Source: Mobula hypostoma (lineage: Eukaryota). From it: DNA of 64,000 nt. Below are positions 1 through 12,841 of the stretch, piece after piece. The stretch spans positions 151,096,001-151,160,000 of the forward strand of contig NC_086097.1 in assembly GCF_963921235.1 (NCBI RefSeq), written 5' to 3'. Position 1 is the first letter of the stretch. Every line of letters starts with the position of its first letter. The position numbers were made by a program, and so were the translations under genes. Below the pieces are notes generated by a model, which saw only the letters and a list, made by a program, of their open reading frames with translations, had not been told where the DNA came from and made no database searches.

Positions 1-46
1 ACCTCCAAGATAGTAATCTATGGATTGCTATCTGTTCCACGTGCCA

Positions 47-2617
47 TAAGGCCATAAGATATAGGAGCAGAAATTGGCCATTTGGCCCATCGAGTCTCCT
101 CTGCCATATCATCAAGGCTAATCCAATTTTCCTCTCAGCCCCAAACTCCTGCCTTCTTCTTGAATTCATGCCCTGACCAATCAAGAATCTATCAACCTCA
201 ATGTTAAATATACATGGAGATTTAGCCTCCAGTGCTGTCTGTAGCAACAAATTCCGAAGATTCACTACTTTCTGCCTACAGGAATTCTTCCGCAACTTCA
301 TTCCAAAAGGACGCCTCTATATTCTAAGACTGTGTCCTCTGGTAGGAAACATCCTCTCCACATCCAGTCTATCAAGGCCCTTCACCATTCGATTGGTTTC
401 AATGAGGTCACGCCTAATTTTTCTGAATTCTAGTGAATGGAAGCCCACAGCTATCAAACATTCTTCATGTGACAAGCCATTCAATCCTGGAATCATTTTT
501 GTGAACCTCGTTTGAACCCCCTCCAGCTTCATCACATCAATTCTAAGAAAAAGAGCCCGAAACTGCTCACAATGCTCCAAGTGAGGCCTCACCAGTGCTT
601 TATAAAGCCTTCTCCCATGAATCTCAGCCAGTGGTATGGAGAGGACCCCACATGCTCCCTCTGCCCAACTTCAGCAACACTAACACACATTCTGGTGGGC
701 TGCAAGACCAGCCTTACTCAAAGCCGATACACCTGGTGACACAACCAGGTGCTACGGTGTCTTGCAGCGGTGCTGGAAAGTCGGTGGATGAACGTCAACA
801 CTCTCCCTCCCCCTTCATCCCGCTGGCCATTAACAGCATTTGTCCGAGAAGGTGAGGGTCAAGCCAGACTCGATACATTGAGACCAGACACTGGGCGGCT
901 AGGCAGGGCACGTGATTGGAAGATGGCGGCAGACTTAGGCCAGAGGCTCTGCTTCCCAACTGAAATTGCGGAAACCAACCTCAGACCAGACCTTGTGCTA
1001 TGGTGGGCCTCACTCTATCTCGTTTACATCATTGAGCTTACAGTGCCCTGGGAGGATGCAGTGGAGGAGGCCTACGAGCGCAAGAAGCTGAGGTACACTG
1101 AGCTTTCAGCCGATGTGCAACAACATGGCTGGAGAGCAAGGGTCCAACCCGTCGAATTAGGCTGCAGAGGATTTGTAGCCACATCAACATCAAGGCTACT
1201 CCGGGAGTTGGGAGTGTGAGGTAAGACACACCGACAAGCAGTCAAAGATCTCTCCAGAGCTGCTGAAAAGGGTAGTCAGTGGCTCTGGATGAAGAGAAAC
1301 GATTCCATCTGGGCCCCAAGTGAGTGAAAGGCATCTAGGGGGTGAGCCCGGGACGCCGGGATTCACTGCTGAACCCTCTGGAGGTGTCGTGGGCCTATCA
1401 GCGAAACACTGAGGAAAGAGGGCGCTCACTTGATAACCCAGAAGATGCCACCACACAGTTGGCCACCCCACAGAGTCTAGGCAGCATTGTTTCAGGAGTG
1501 CAAAGAAGGGATATTAACATCTCGTCCTATATAACATACCTCAACATTACTTCCTTGCTTTTATATTCTAATCATCTTGAAATGAATTTGCCTTCCTCAT
1601 CACAGACTCAAACTGCAAATTAACCTTTAGGGAATTCAGCACAAGTCCCTTTGCATCTCAGTTTTTTGTTTTTTTCCCTTTATTTAGAAAATAGGTAATC
1701 CTTTCATTTCTTCTACCGAAGTGCATGACCATACACTTCCCAACTGTATTGCATCTACCATTTCTTTGCCCCTTCTTCTAATCTGTCTGTCCTTCTGTAG
1801 CCTCTCTACTTCCTCAAAACTACCTGACCCTCCACCTATCTTCATATCATCTTCAAACTTTTGCAACAAAGCCATTAATTCCATCATCTAAATCATTAAC
1901 AAATGACATTAAAAGAGTCAATCCCAACACAAAACCCCTGTGGAACTCTACTGGTCACCAGCAGCCACCCAGAAAAGGCTTCCTTTATTCCCACTATTTG
2001 CCTCCTGCCAATCAGCCACTGCTTTATCCCCCTAGGATATTCCCCATAATAGCATGGGCTCATAGCTTGTTAAACAGCCTCATGTGTGGCACCTTGCCAA
2101 AGGCCTTCTGAAAATCAAAATACACAAGATCAACCAATTCTCCTTTGTCTATCCTTGTTACTTCTTCAAAAAATTCCAAAAGATTTGTCAGGCAAGACCT
2201 CCCTTGAGGAAACCATGCGGACTATGGCCTATTTCATCACGTGCCTCCAATTATCCTGAAACCACATCCTTAGCAATCAACTGCAACATCTTCCCAACCT
2301 CTGAGGTCAGACTAGCTGTCCTATAGTTTCCTTTCTTCTGCTTCTCTGCCTTCTAGAAGAGTGGAGTGACGTTTGCAATTTTCCAGTCTTCCGAAACCAT
2401 TCCAAAATCTAATGATTCTTGAAAGATCACTACTAATGCTTCCACAATCACTACAGAACCCTGGGTTGTACACCATCTGGTCCAGTTGACTTATCTACCT
2501 TCAGATCTTTTAGTTTTCCAAGAACCTTCTCTCTAGTAATGGTAATTTCATACACCTCATGACCCAGACAACTGGAATTTCCACCATACTGCCAGTGTCT
2601 TCCACAGTGAAGACTAA
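47..2617 (-). mobile_element. CR1-clade LINE, 5'-truncated (RT to 3' tail), split by an RLE element at 611-1538
   Basis: ORFs 317-592 (RPHLEHC..LEGVQTRFTKMIPGL), 1684-1887 (KFEDDMKIGG) and 2451-2759 (LKVDKSTGPDGVQPRVL) are CR1 ORF2 pieces. The CR1 tail is at about 50-120. It sits inside a + strand CR1 esterase sequence (1-46, resuming at 2618) with tgcca on both sides. Confidence 0.9.
611..1538 (+). mobile_element. 3' fragment of a restriction-like-endonuclease (RLE) non-LTR retrotransposon, HERO-like
   Basis: CCHC knuckle CSLCPTSATLTHILVGC, then RYTW*HNQVL, RPDLVLW..IIELTVPWE..ERKKLRY and PVELGCRGF, with a stop at 1321 and a 3' UTR. The flanking CR1 sequence tataaagcct|caacattac is cleanly interrupted. 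Confidence 0.88.
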
Positions 2618-3395
2618 TGCCAGTGACAGTAAGAGTAGGATAACTTGGCAAATGAATGCGTGGCTGAGGAATTGGTGCAGAGTGCAGGGTTTCAGATTTC
2701 TGGGTCATATGGATCTCTTCCTGTAATCTGGAGAAGATCGGCTGACTGGCAAGAGTCAAAGGGTAGGATTAAAAGGGGGCTTATCTGGTTGGCTATAGTA
2801 ATATTCCGAAGGGTTTGGAGTTAGGACCACTTCTTACATTATATGTCACAGATTTGGATGATGGAACTGATGGCTTTTTGGCTAAGTTTGTAGACTATAT
2901 GAAAGTAGGTGGAGAGGCATGTAGTGCTGAGGAAGCAGGGAGAACGACAGATTTGGAGAATGGACAAAGAAGTGGCAGAGGAACATAGTGTCAGGAAGTG
3001 TGTGGTCATGCACTTTGGTAGAAGGAACAAAAGTGTAAATTCTTTTTGAAATGGAAAGAAAATTCAAAAATCAGAAGTGCCAAGGGACTTAGGAGTCCTT
3101 GTGCAGGATTTCCTAAAGGTTAGTTTGCAGCTTGAATCAATAGTAAAGAAGGCAAATACAATGTTAACATTCATTTCAAGGCGGTGAGAATATAAGAACA
3201 AGGATGTAATGCTGAGACTTTATAAGTCATTGTTCAGACCAAACTTGGAGTATTGTGAGCAGTTTCGGGCTTCTTATCCGAGAAAAGATGGGCTGGCATT
3301 GGAGAGGGTCCAGAGGAGGTTCATGAGAAGGATTCCAGGAAAGAAAGCATTAAATTTGTAAAGAACATCTGATGACTGTGGGCCAGTACTCACAT
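2618..3395 (+). mobile_element. Decayed CR1 (end of ORF1 esterase, then RT fragment)
   Basis: Reads WQMNAWLRNWCRVQGFRFLGH, continuing the esterase at 1-46, followed by RT-like sequence (cagaccaaacttggagtattgtgagcagtt). Confidence 0.8.
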
Positions 3396-3544
3396 AAAAA
3401 CTTAATAAACACTTTAGACCATGCTGAGTCATAATTACTTCACAGAGTGTGCTACTTAGACTAACGTCTTTTATAAATCTTTATTTGTACTCAGGGTTAA
3501 CTAGAGACATTAGATACGATACTGGAAAAGTATAGATAAGGGAG

Positions 3545-4140
3545 AAAAGGTTAAACCGGTGTACTTTAGGCCAGAGAGCCTCACATAAGTGGAGCTATAT
3601 GAGAGGATTCTCAGGAATAGGATTAATGTACATTAGGAAAGTCCTACCCTGCTTAGAGACAGTCAGTGTGGCTTTGTGAGGGGCAGGTCATGCCTTACAA
3701 TTGATTACGTTTTTGGAGGAGGTGAGAAAGAAGCTTGATGAGGGTAAGACTATGGGCATTATTTACCAGAACTTTAGTAAGCTATTTGATAAAGGCTCAT
3801 GTTAGGTTGATTCAGAAGATAAAGATGCATGGGATCTAGAGTGAATTGCAAGTTTAGGTTCAGAACTGTCTGACATATAGAAGACTAAGTGAACGGGTGG
3901 AAGGTTGTTATTCTCGCTGGAGGTTCATGACTAGCGCTGTTCTGCCAGGATCAGTACTGGGACCTCTCTTGTTTGTAATGGATATGAATGATTTAGATGA
4001 AAATGTCGATGGGTGGATTAGCAAGTTTGTGGTTGACACCACGACTTGTGGAGGTGTGGATAATGTAAAGTACTATCAAAGTATATATTGGGATAGAGAT
4101 AAGGTAGAAACATGGACAGAGAAGTACAGATGGAGTTTAA
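3545..4140 (+). mobile_element. CR1 RT fragment
   Basis: ORF 3897-4145 SAVLPGSVLGPLLF..NDLD..ISKFVVDT matches the PQGSVLGP and FADD motifs. Confidence 0.85.
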
Positions 4141-4430
4141 TTTGATTTGATTTGATTTAGAGATACAGCAAGTTAACAAGCCATTCAGCCCACCAAGCCC
4201 ATGCCACCCAATTACACACGAGACCAATTAGCCAACTAACCCGCACATCATTAGAATATGGGAGGACAGGGGGGCACTAGGAGGAAACCTACATAGACAT
4301 GGAGAGATCGTACATTACAGACAGTGGGAAACGCACATGGTCATGGAGAGATTGTACATTACAGACAGTGGCAGGAATTGAACCCAAGCTGCTGGTGCAG
4401 TACTAGTCTTACCCTAACCGCTGTGCTACT
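4141..4430 (-). mobile_element. tRNA-derived V-SINE/HE1-type SINE with CR1-like tail
   Basis: Reverse B-box (ggaattgaaccc), V-domain-like core, (tttga)n tail, and an internal duplication of catggagagat(c/t)gtacattacagacagtgg. Confidence 0.7.
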
Positions 4431-4504
4431 GGGGCAATTGTGAGCTGTTGCACTTTTACAGGTCAAATGGAAGAAAAAAGTATATAGTTGATGGTAGACT
4501 CCTT

Positions 4505-4870
4505 TAAAGTTCAATGTAAATTTATTATCATATATGCCATTATATACAACGCTGTGACTCGTTCTCTTGAGGGTATACTCAGTAAATCCAAGAAACATAA
4601 TAGAATAAATGAAAGACCACATCCAACAGGATGGACAAACAACCCGTGTGCAAAAGAGAACAAACTGTGCAAAGACAAAAGAAAAACAAAGAGCTAATTA
4701 TAATAATAATAAGTAAGCAACGAATATCCAGAACATGAGATGACATGTCCTTAAAATTGAGTCCATAGTTTGTGGGAAGATTTCAGTGATGGTGCAAGTG
4801 AAGTTGAGTGAAATTTTCTCCACTAGTTTGAGGTTGAGGGGTAATAGCTGTTCATGAACCTGGTGGTGTA
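4505..4870 (-). mobile_element. Rex/L2-type LINE 3' end
   Basis: Tail aagttcaatgtaaatttattatc and reverse caccaggttcatgaacagctattacccctcaac (RF.NSYYP motif). Confidence 0.6.
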
Positions 4871-4889
4871 GCCCTGTACTAACACTGAA

Positions 4890-5528
4890 TGTGGAAGAGA
4901 ATTGGGATGCAAGTCCATAGTTCACTGAAAGTGGCTACACAAGTGGATCAGATGGTAAAGAAGGAAATGGTTGCACTAATTGGTAGAAGTGTTGAAGATA
5001 ATAGTAAGGAAGTCATGTTACAGCTCTATAAAACTTTAGTTATACCACACTTGGAGTATTATTTGCAGTTCTAATTGCCCCATTATAGGAATAATGTGGA
5101 GGTTCTCAAGCAGGTGAAGAACTTTACAATGATGCTGTCTGGATTAGGTTGGCCAGACTAGGGTTGTTCTCTTTAGAGTATTGGAGGCAGAAGGGAGACC
5201 TGGTGGAGGGTTTTAAACTGATGAGAGGCATAAATAGGATAGGCAACCGGAATCTGTTCCTCGTAATAGAAATGTCAAGCACCAGAAGACATGCTTTTAA
5301 AGTTAGAGGGAGGAAGCTTAAAGAGTGGTAAGCTCTTTATGCAGGTGGTGGTAAGGTGTCTGTAATGGGTTACTGGGATAAGAGTGGAATCTGGCAGTTT
5401 GGTGGAGTTTATGAGAAATTTAGGTATGAATATGAAGGAATGGAGGAATATGGATGATAAACAGGAGGAGACTATTTGGGTCAAATGGCCTGTCCATGCA
5501 ATACAGTTCTGTCTTCTATATTCCATGA
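4890..5528 (+). mobile_element. CR1 3' fragment
   Basis: ORFs QLYKTLVIPHLEYYLQF and RLGLFSLE..KGDLVEGFKLMRG, followed by the CR1 tail. Confidence 0.85.
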
Positions 5529-6994
5529 TCTTCTTCTTTTATTTCTTTCAGAACTGGAAACCTTAAATGAAAGAAGTACACTAAAGATGTTCCTTTTTTT
5601 CCATTTAGAAACTAATTTTAGGGTCAGATACGAATGAAATCAACTTGATTCTTTATTCAATGGCAAGATGTGGACCATGTGAACAACCTCTGCAGTGAAT
5701 CTTTGGAAGATCAATGTCAGTGTCGACTAGTTTCAGCAAAAACCATTCTAACTGCAGATGAAATGAGCTATTGATTCTTTAACTGTGCAATGATGTCCAA
5801 TACGGATTCCAAAATGGAGACATGGTGCAAGTTTGCTGTGCACCCTGCACTTGCTAGATTTTTCTGGCACACAAGTTGGAAGTCTTGAACTATTATTTGT
5901 TATTGTAAGCAATTATAAGTTAACTGACTCCATTCCATTACTAAGGTAAAACACATAAGAGCATTCTCACTAGTAAATCATATTTTCCTAAATATTAATT
6001 GTAAGTAGACAGTGCTGCATAAGTTTTACATGAAGCATTATTTGTTCTTGGAAAGATGAGGAGAGAGCAAAGTCATTTTTACTTCCCATCTCTGCTGATG
6101 ATGGGCCACCTTCATCTCTGCCATGGCCTTACACAATGGTCATGTCGTGATGCAATCAAACAGGATATTAAAGGAGTTTGACCCATTTATAATGATACAG
6201 CAACAGGAGAGGATGAACATTTCTGAATAATCATTTAAGACCAGACCCATGTTGCCTTGGTTCAAATATTCAGCCAGCCAAAGATAACATGCAGCAAATC
6301 TCCGAATATCCATCGTCCAACCATTCTTAACTACCATCAAGGTTTCAGTTTTCATGCTCTAGTTTTCACACTTCCTTCCCAGTCTCTGGGACCAGCTCTG
6401 AAAGAACACAGAGAGTAGAACATTGAACAGGAGAGTGCAGGAACAGGCACTGTGGTCCATGATGTTGTGCCAAACTAATTAAGCTTATGATGCCTAATTA
6501 CACTAATCTGGATATGGTCCATATCCCTCCATTCTCTGCGTATTTACATACCTATCTCAGAGCCTCTTAATTATTTCTATTATATCTGCCTCTAATGCTG
6601 ACATTAGGATTTGGTTTTCCCCGGGAGACAAGAGGTACAGAGTTTGAGTCTTTTGATTTGTTTCATAATAAGCCATTGTTTAGGTAGTTGATAAAAAATA
6701 GGACAATGGGAACACTGGATGAAAGAAATGGCAACTATTGATTGAAAATGAATTTGCTGTGCTTTCCTGGCAATTACCACCTACTGTATCATAATCAACA
6801 ATCAAGACATATTTTGGAACAAATGGATTATAATTACCTTAAAGTTAAAGATTCAAGATCAGAAGGAAAATTCTGTGAATTCTCATTTTGGAAATTCAGT
6901 TCCATTGAACACTACCACCAGATTTCAGAAATGGAGTAGAACATACAACAGCTATATGTACAATAATTGCAACTGAGGACAACTTTTTCCTTGA

Positions 6995-7300
6995 GGTGGT
7001 ATGGTAGCACAGCAGTTTGCCAATGCTTTACAGCATAGGCTGTAGGATTGGGATACAATCCCCACTGTGGAGCTTGTATGTTCTCCTTGTGCCTGCGTGG
7101 GTTCCTCCGGGTGCTCAGGTTTCCTCCCACATTCCAAAGATGTAGGGTTAGGGTTAGTCAATTGTAGGTATGCTGTGTTGGTGTTGGAAGTGTGGTCACA
7201 CTTGCGGGCTGTCCAGCTCACAATCCTCACTGATCTGATTTGATGCAACCTATGCATTTGACTGTATGTTTTGATGTGTGATGTATGCCTGGACTTAATC
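6995..7300 (+). mobile_element. V-SINE/HE1-type SINE
   Basis: V-domain tgtggagcttgtatgttctcc..tgcgtgggttcctccgggtgctcaggtttcctcccaca preceded by a tRNA-like head. Confidence 0.85.
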
Positions 7301-8199
7301 TTAGAGAAATGAAACTGATAAGGTAAACCATAATTGGTCAGGATTTAAGTTGCCATCCAAAAACACCTGACGTTAACTTCCTACAATCAAAAAAACAGAA
7401 AATTTGCTAAGAAAGAGTTGTGATAAAAATAGAATTTTTGATCTCATATTAATCAGATTTCATGTACTCTTAAGCGCAAGGATTATTTTCTGTGCAAATT
7501 CCAACTCGAGCATGTGCACCCGATTACGATTTCCAATTGAAAATCATGTTCTTGTGGATGACCCTTTTTAACCACTTTTTAAAGTGATAAAATGTGTTCT
7601 GGTTGCTGACTTTTGAGAAGAAATCATTTAATTTTCAAAGGAAGAATAACCTAATAATTTGTGTGTGTACTTTAGTCTTCGATTTCTAAAACCTTTCTGA
7701 GAAATGTAGAGTGGTAGCTCAATAAGTAGTTGTCACATAAAATCAATGTCAAAGTCTTTTGTTAGCAATATTTTGTTGCAAAAAACTGCAGAGATTTAAG
7801 ATTCTGTCTTTTCATATGAAGTCTGGGTCATGATCACAGTTCACTGAAGTAGATTAGCTTGCTATATCTAACTTACTATGTTTCTAAATGGCATTTAAAC
7901 AAATTTGGCAAAATTGGACTTCATTAGGGCTGTTTACTGGTCAGAAAATAGAGGCAAATGGAGGCACAACCCTGAATTTAAAGGGACATTCCCTATGCTC
8001 TGACAGGCAGCAAAGCTTCAGACACCATTATTGATGCAGAAATACATTGGTATTCAAGAATTAGTCTTGAATATTTTAATAAGCCGCCAATCATTAGGTC
8101 TGAGGACTCAGTCCAGAAATTAATTTGCTCTGAGTTGAGCAAATTACACTCAGGATTACGATGAATTTGGTCGTTAAAAACCAAGCAAAAAGTGTAAGC

Positions 8200-9790
8200 T
8201 TCTATTGCTGTTCACTATAATGTGGAGTAGGGAAGAACAGGGCAGTGATCCCTACACATTAGCGTCCTGGCAGCACACACTTTGGTCCATCTTCCAATGG
8301 CACTCTCATTTCCTGTGGACTTGCTGAATTCATCAGGAAGGACAGAGTATAAGAGGGGTGACATTAGCAGGCAGTGGAGGCACACAAGTTAAAACTTCCC
8401 TGCGTTGCTGCCTTATGGTAGACTGAGAGGGATCTGCAACCAGTCTGAGTTGACATCGGAGGACATGCTCTTCAGCAACTGGCCCAACTATTCCAACATC
8501 TCCTTCACTGTCAGGTTTGTTTATCTGAAGGTGATGAAGATCTGGTTTGGAGAGGCTGAGGTGTGTAACAAGAATTGGCTGAAGTGGACTGGCCAAGCCA
8601 AACAAAAGTTGTGTCTGTAGAAATAAAGCTCCCTGACAACAACTGGGAAGGAATTTTTCATCAGGTGCAGTTTGCTCTCAGCCATGCTGTACTTGCTGCT
8701 GTGACTTGTTCCTGGCTCCTCTATCTTGGTAATTATCTAGGACGCACCCCAATTTAGTTGGAGGTTCAAAAATGGGGCAAATCCAAGAAGTCACGATGCA
8801 TAAGTTCCCAGAGAATGGGGAAAATTGTGCCAAGCATTGCCCTCATCATATTGACCACCTTTGGGTGTGGCTGCATCAGGCGGGTGTGGATCCAGTCTAT
8901 GAGGGGACCAAGGGTTGCTACATGCTAAGGTTCTACATGTCACTGCTGTTGCAGAGGATGGGCTTGGTCCTGTTATTATGCAATGTCCTAGTCAGCTGAC
9001 ATCGTCTTTTATGGAAGAGTACTTCCAAGTAAATACCTCTGATCACAAGTCATCAACCAGTGATCACCCTGGAACGTACTGAACATAATGTGAGACAGAG
9101 GAATGGTGTGTGTTTGTTCCCTGAGAAAATGGTCCAAGCCATTTGGAAGAGCCTCTGAACACCAGATCGGACTACAAGCACCAAGCCCTTACTTGACTGG
9201 TGGTGAGAAGTGCCATCCCATTCAAAGTCTTTCATCTCCAGATGACATAACACCTCTAATGTATGTTGCCCTCAGGACTGCTGCAGCAGGGAGAAGATGG
9301 TCTCCCATCTCTTTGCAAACAGTGGATTTGCTAAGAGGGTGTGGAGATAGATGCATCCCCAGCTGCTCTGATCTATGGGCTTTTCCCAGCGATACACACC
9401 AAGACAGACATCAAGTGCTACCGGAAGCTCATCAGCCTGGTGAAAGAAGCCCTTGACTATGCCCAGAACCCATTGGTCTTCTGGCACAGTGAGCTGTCTC
9501 TAAGGGAATCCTGCAGACTGGCTCAGTCCAGGCTGCAGGACTACTTGCTAAGGGATGCAATGAAACTTGGTGTAACCAATGCTAAGGCTTAGTGGGGAAG
9601 CACTGCAGTTTAGGATCCTTCTACTACTGCACATGAAGGGGTGGAGAAGTCCATCGAACAAAATAAAGGGCATATTACCCTTGATTGCACACTACTGAAT
9701 GTAGCAACCATGAACATGAAAGTTTTTCCACTGCTTCTTCCTTTGTATAAATACTTTTTATTATGAATAAAGTCTATTTTTAAAATTTCT
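8200..9790 (+). mobile_element. Decayed, internally deleted Tx1/L1-group LINE
   Basis: ORF2 C-terminus ALIYGLFP..KLISLVKEAL..CRLAQSRLQDYLLRDAMKLG.NAKA*WG; 3' UTR ends in aataaa at about 9765. The 5' boundary is uncertain. Confidence 0.65.
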
Positions 9791-10894
9791 AAAGATATCT
9801 TCCATTAGAAACCAACCCCTACCCCCCAAACTCCACCTTGACCATAGGTACTGAAGGGTGCTTCAGGAATTGGAGCAACTTGGTTGACAAAGAACCACTG
9901 AGATACCTGCATCCAGGGGTGTTTCCACGCATCAACCCTGCTTGCATGTTCTGATGGTAGCCACCATGAACCTATGTGGTGCTGTCAGAGTAGCTCAGCT
10001 CAGTAACGGCAGACTATTTTATAAATGGTATACAATACAGCCAATGTGAAGGGAATGAATGTTAAGGGCGGAAGAAGTACTACCACTTAAGCTTCCCACC
10101 CCAGTTTTAGATTGGACTCCTTCCATTCTCCAACTTTCCAATTAAAAATATGAAGAATTACTGTGTAATTATAGTTTGATTTTTATTTTTCTGGAAAAAT
10201 TAGATAACTCTATGTTAATTCTTTTAACCAAAAATAAATGCTTGGTGGTCTCTTCACGGATTTCAACATAAACAATATTTTATTTTATTTTATTTTATAG
10301 GATCAGCAAAATGATTTTCAGGTCTTTTCTTTTGAAATAAGCAATTAGAGTGCAGCAAGAAACCTAGATTTTATACTTTAGAGGAATAAAGAAGAAAGAG
10401 ATTGCAGTGCAATGGACTTGAACCAGCGTCATTTCTCTGCTATCAGTGGCTCTTACTGTACACGCTCTAGATAATCAGACTTGAGGAAAGTGATTACTAG
10501 CAAGGTTTGCTCCAAGCCTTATTTTGACAGGTCAGTGATGCATTGAAAACTTGTCTGAAGTTAGGCAAATAGTGGATTCATTTTTTGACTCCTGTGTGAT
10601 ATTGACTGAGGAATAAAATATTTCATAGTTTAGATTTTCTTACAGCTCTCTGTGATCTTTAATTCTCATTGTTAGGTCTGTTTAATGAACAATATTCTTC
10701 ATAATCTGTACTAACAATGCAAGGACATATTGAATTATGAACAGAAGTTAATACAATTGCCCTTTTATCTCATGGCATTGACTTTAAAACAAACTCAATC
10801 TGATTCTGTTGCCCTGTTCAGATCTGATCTTTAAATTTAGATTAGGCTAAATGTGTCTGGTCTTGTACTGCTCCCCCCACCCTGCTTCAGGAGC

Positions 10895-11660
10895 ATAAGA
10901 ATACATAAATATACAAATTACAAGTAGGAGTAGTCTGTTCAGCTTCTGAAGCATTTAATAAGATCACGGTTGATCTGATAACAATGTAACCTAATCAAGA
11001 ATGTGCCTAAATCTGTCTTTAAAATATTCAGAACCTGCTTCCGCTAACCTGTCATGAGGACAATTCCAAAGACTCATGGCCTTCTGAAAGAAAACAAATT
11101 CATCTTATCTCCAAGTTACTGTAAATGGATGGCACCTTATTTTTAAACTGGGATTTTATGAATTTCAAGCATCACTTCACACTTTTGTAAACTCCAGCAG
11201 TTGCAGGTCAAACCTATCCAATCTTTCCAAATAAAGTTACCTGCCCATTCCCACAGGAGTCCAGGAAGCTTTTTCTGATTAGCTTCTACAACATTAACAT
11301 CCTTCTTCAAATAGGGAGTTCAATGTTGTAGACAACAGTGTAGACATGACCTTACCACTGTTCTAAATAAATGAAATATGATCTCCCTAATTCTGTATTC
11401 ATTTCCTCCCACAATAAATGATAATATCCTCTTAACTTTTGAAAGTATTTGCTGTACTTGTTTACTAGTCTTTTGAGGAGGTACTTCTGCATCTCAGATC
11501 TCAGTGATCTCTCATTATTTATGCAACATGCTGTTTATACTGTATTTTCCTGCCAAAAGGAACAATTTCACGTTTTGCCGCATCACATGTCACTTGCCAA
11601 ACCTTAGCTCACTTATGAAGCCTGTCTATATCACACTGTAATTGACTTGTGTCCTCTTCA
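10895..11660 (-). mobile_element. Old CR1 fragment (RT C-terminus to tail)
   Basis: Reverse translation gives EEDTSQLQCDIDRL..VWQV..FGRK; tail cataagaatacataa at about 10895. Confidence 0.75.
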
Positions 11661-11699
11661 CACGTAGGGGAAAAGTTGAATGGGCTCAGCTAGGACCTG

Positions 11700-12841
11700 A
11701 TGTGAGTTCCAATTAAGTGCTTCCAAAGACAGGTAGAGTCTGTAGAGAAGTAGTTCTACTCTCTTGTGACACAGTGCCTCCATAGGGAGTAGAATACTCC
11801 GGTGAAAATGCCTTAGTTTCATTGGACTTTGAAGGAGCATCAGACAAAACAGTAAGACACTGCTGGCTTTGCTGAGCAGATTGGGATGGACTGAAGGAAT
11901 ATTTTGAGGACTGATGAGGTACTGTTGGTACACAAGTTGTTCCACCCTTGGGAAATGGAATGGGATTTGTGTCCTGGGCTGTGGAACCTGGGATCAATTA
12001 CATCACTTTAATAGCCATCAGAACATTCCAATAGGGTTCATAGAGTTATAGAAAAGTGCAGTGTAGAAACAGGCCATCTAATCCGTGCTGAGCCATTTAA
12101 CCTGCCTACTCCCATCGACCTGCAACGGGACCATAGCCCTCCACATCCCTACCATCCATGTACCCATCCAAACTTCCCTTATATCCTCACTTGCACCACT
12201 TGTGCTGGCAGCTCGTTCCACACTCTCACAGTCCTCTGAGTGAATTCAGGTCAAATCTTGGCTTAGTGTATTGAAGTTTTGTTTTCTGAAGCACTTGAAC
12301 CAATGCAGCAGAGCTTCAGAATTTATAAAATCTTCCTTAGGCAGAGAAACTTTGTGAAAATCTGAATCCATACTACTGTAGTAAGGTTCAGGTGTACTGT
12401 TATCTTGATTTCCCAAGACTTGGAAAACGGGTATGATATAGTTTAGACTGCATTGGCAACCTTTATTTTGGCATGGACTTCCTTTCTCAGATTTGGAAGA
12501 AGTGATTGACAAATAAAAAGTTGACTCAGTCTATTTGCAGCCTCCAGAATGCAGTATTGATTGCAATAGAACCAACAAGGGCTCCGAGGACCCGTGTGCC
12601 TTTAATTGAGTGTGTTGTGTTGTGAGATAAGACAGTGGAGTAGTTTGCCTGCAATTAATATTGAAAGAGGATGACCTTTTTGGGCTATGAGCCACCATTT
12701 GTGAAAAGAACAGTGGCAAGATCCTTATTGCGATATTATTCCTTCTGCTTGTGCTCAGTGGGCTTAAATTATCATCTAGTGCCTCAAGAGTTTTGGCAAT
12801 TTTGGATTCTTTAAAAACTTACTTCAATTTTGCAAAACACC
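11700..12841 (-). pseudogene. Large decayed exon (Ser/Thr/Pro-rich) interrupted by a CR1 insertion
   Basis: Acceptor tttttatatttctttttaataag| at 12842-3. One frame runs about 197 codons (12841-12249) with only two internal stops. A second S/P/T-rich ORF at 11713-11997 lies beyond the insertion. Confidence 0.45.
12040..12245 (-). mobile_element. Short CR1 3' tail insertion
   Basis: catagagttatagaaaag tail plus ggcagctcgttccacactctcac; ttca is repeated at both junctions. Confidence 0.85.

Noticed and set aside
1383..1410. Hammerhead ribozyme in the RLE 3' UTR (GUC..GAAAC)
   Set aside because: No CUGANGA core in a compatible position.
6995..7070. tRNA gene
   Set aside because: A degenerate tRNA-like SINE head continuous with the V-domain; no cloverleaf.
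10301..10321. Plus-strand 21-nt microexon after (tattt)n-atag
   Set aside because: Weak donor (gtcttt), the tract is a simple repeat, and no partner exons were found.
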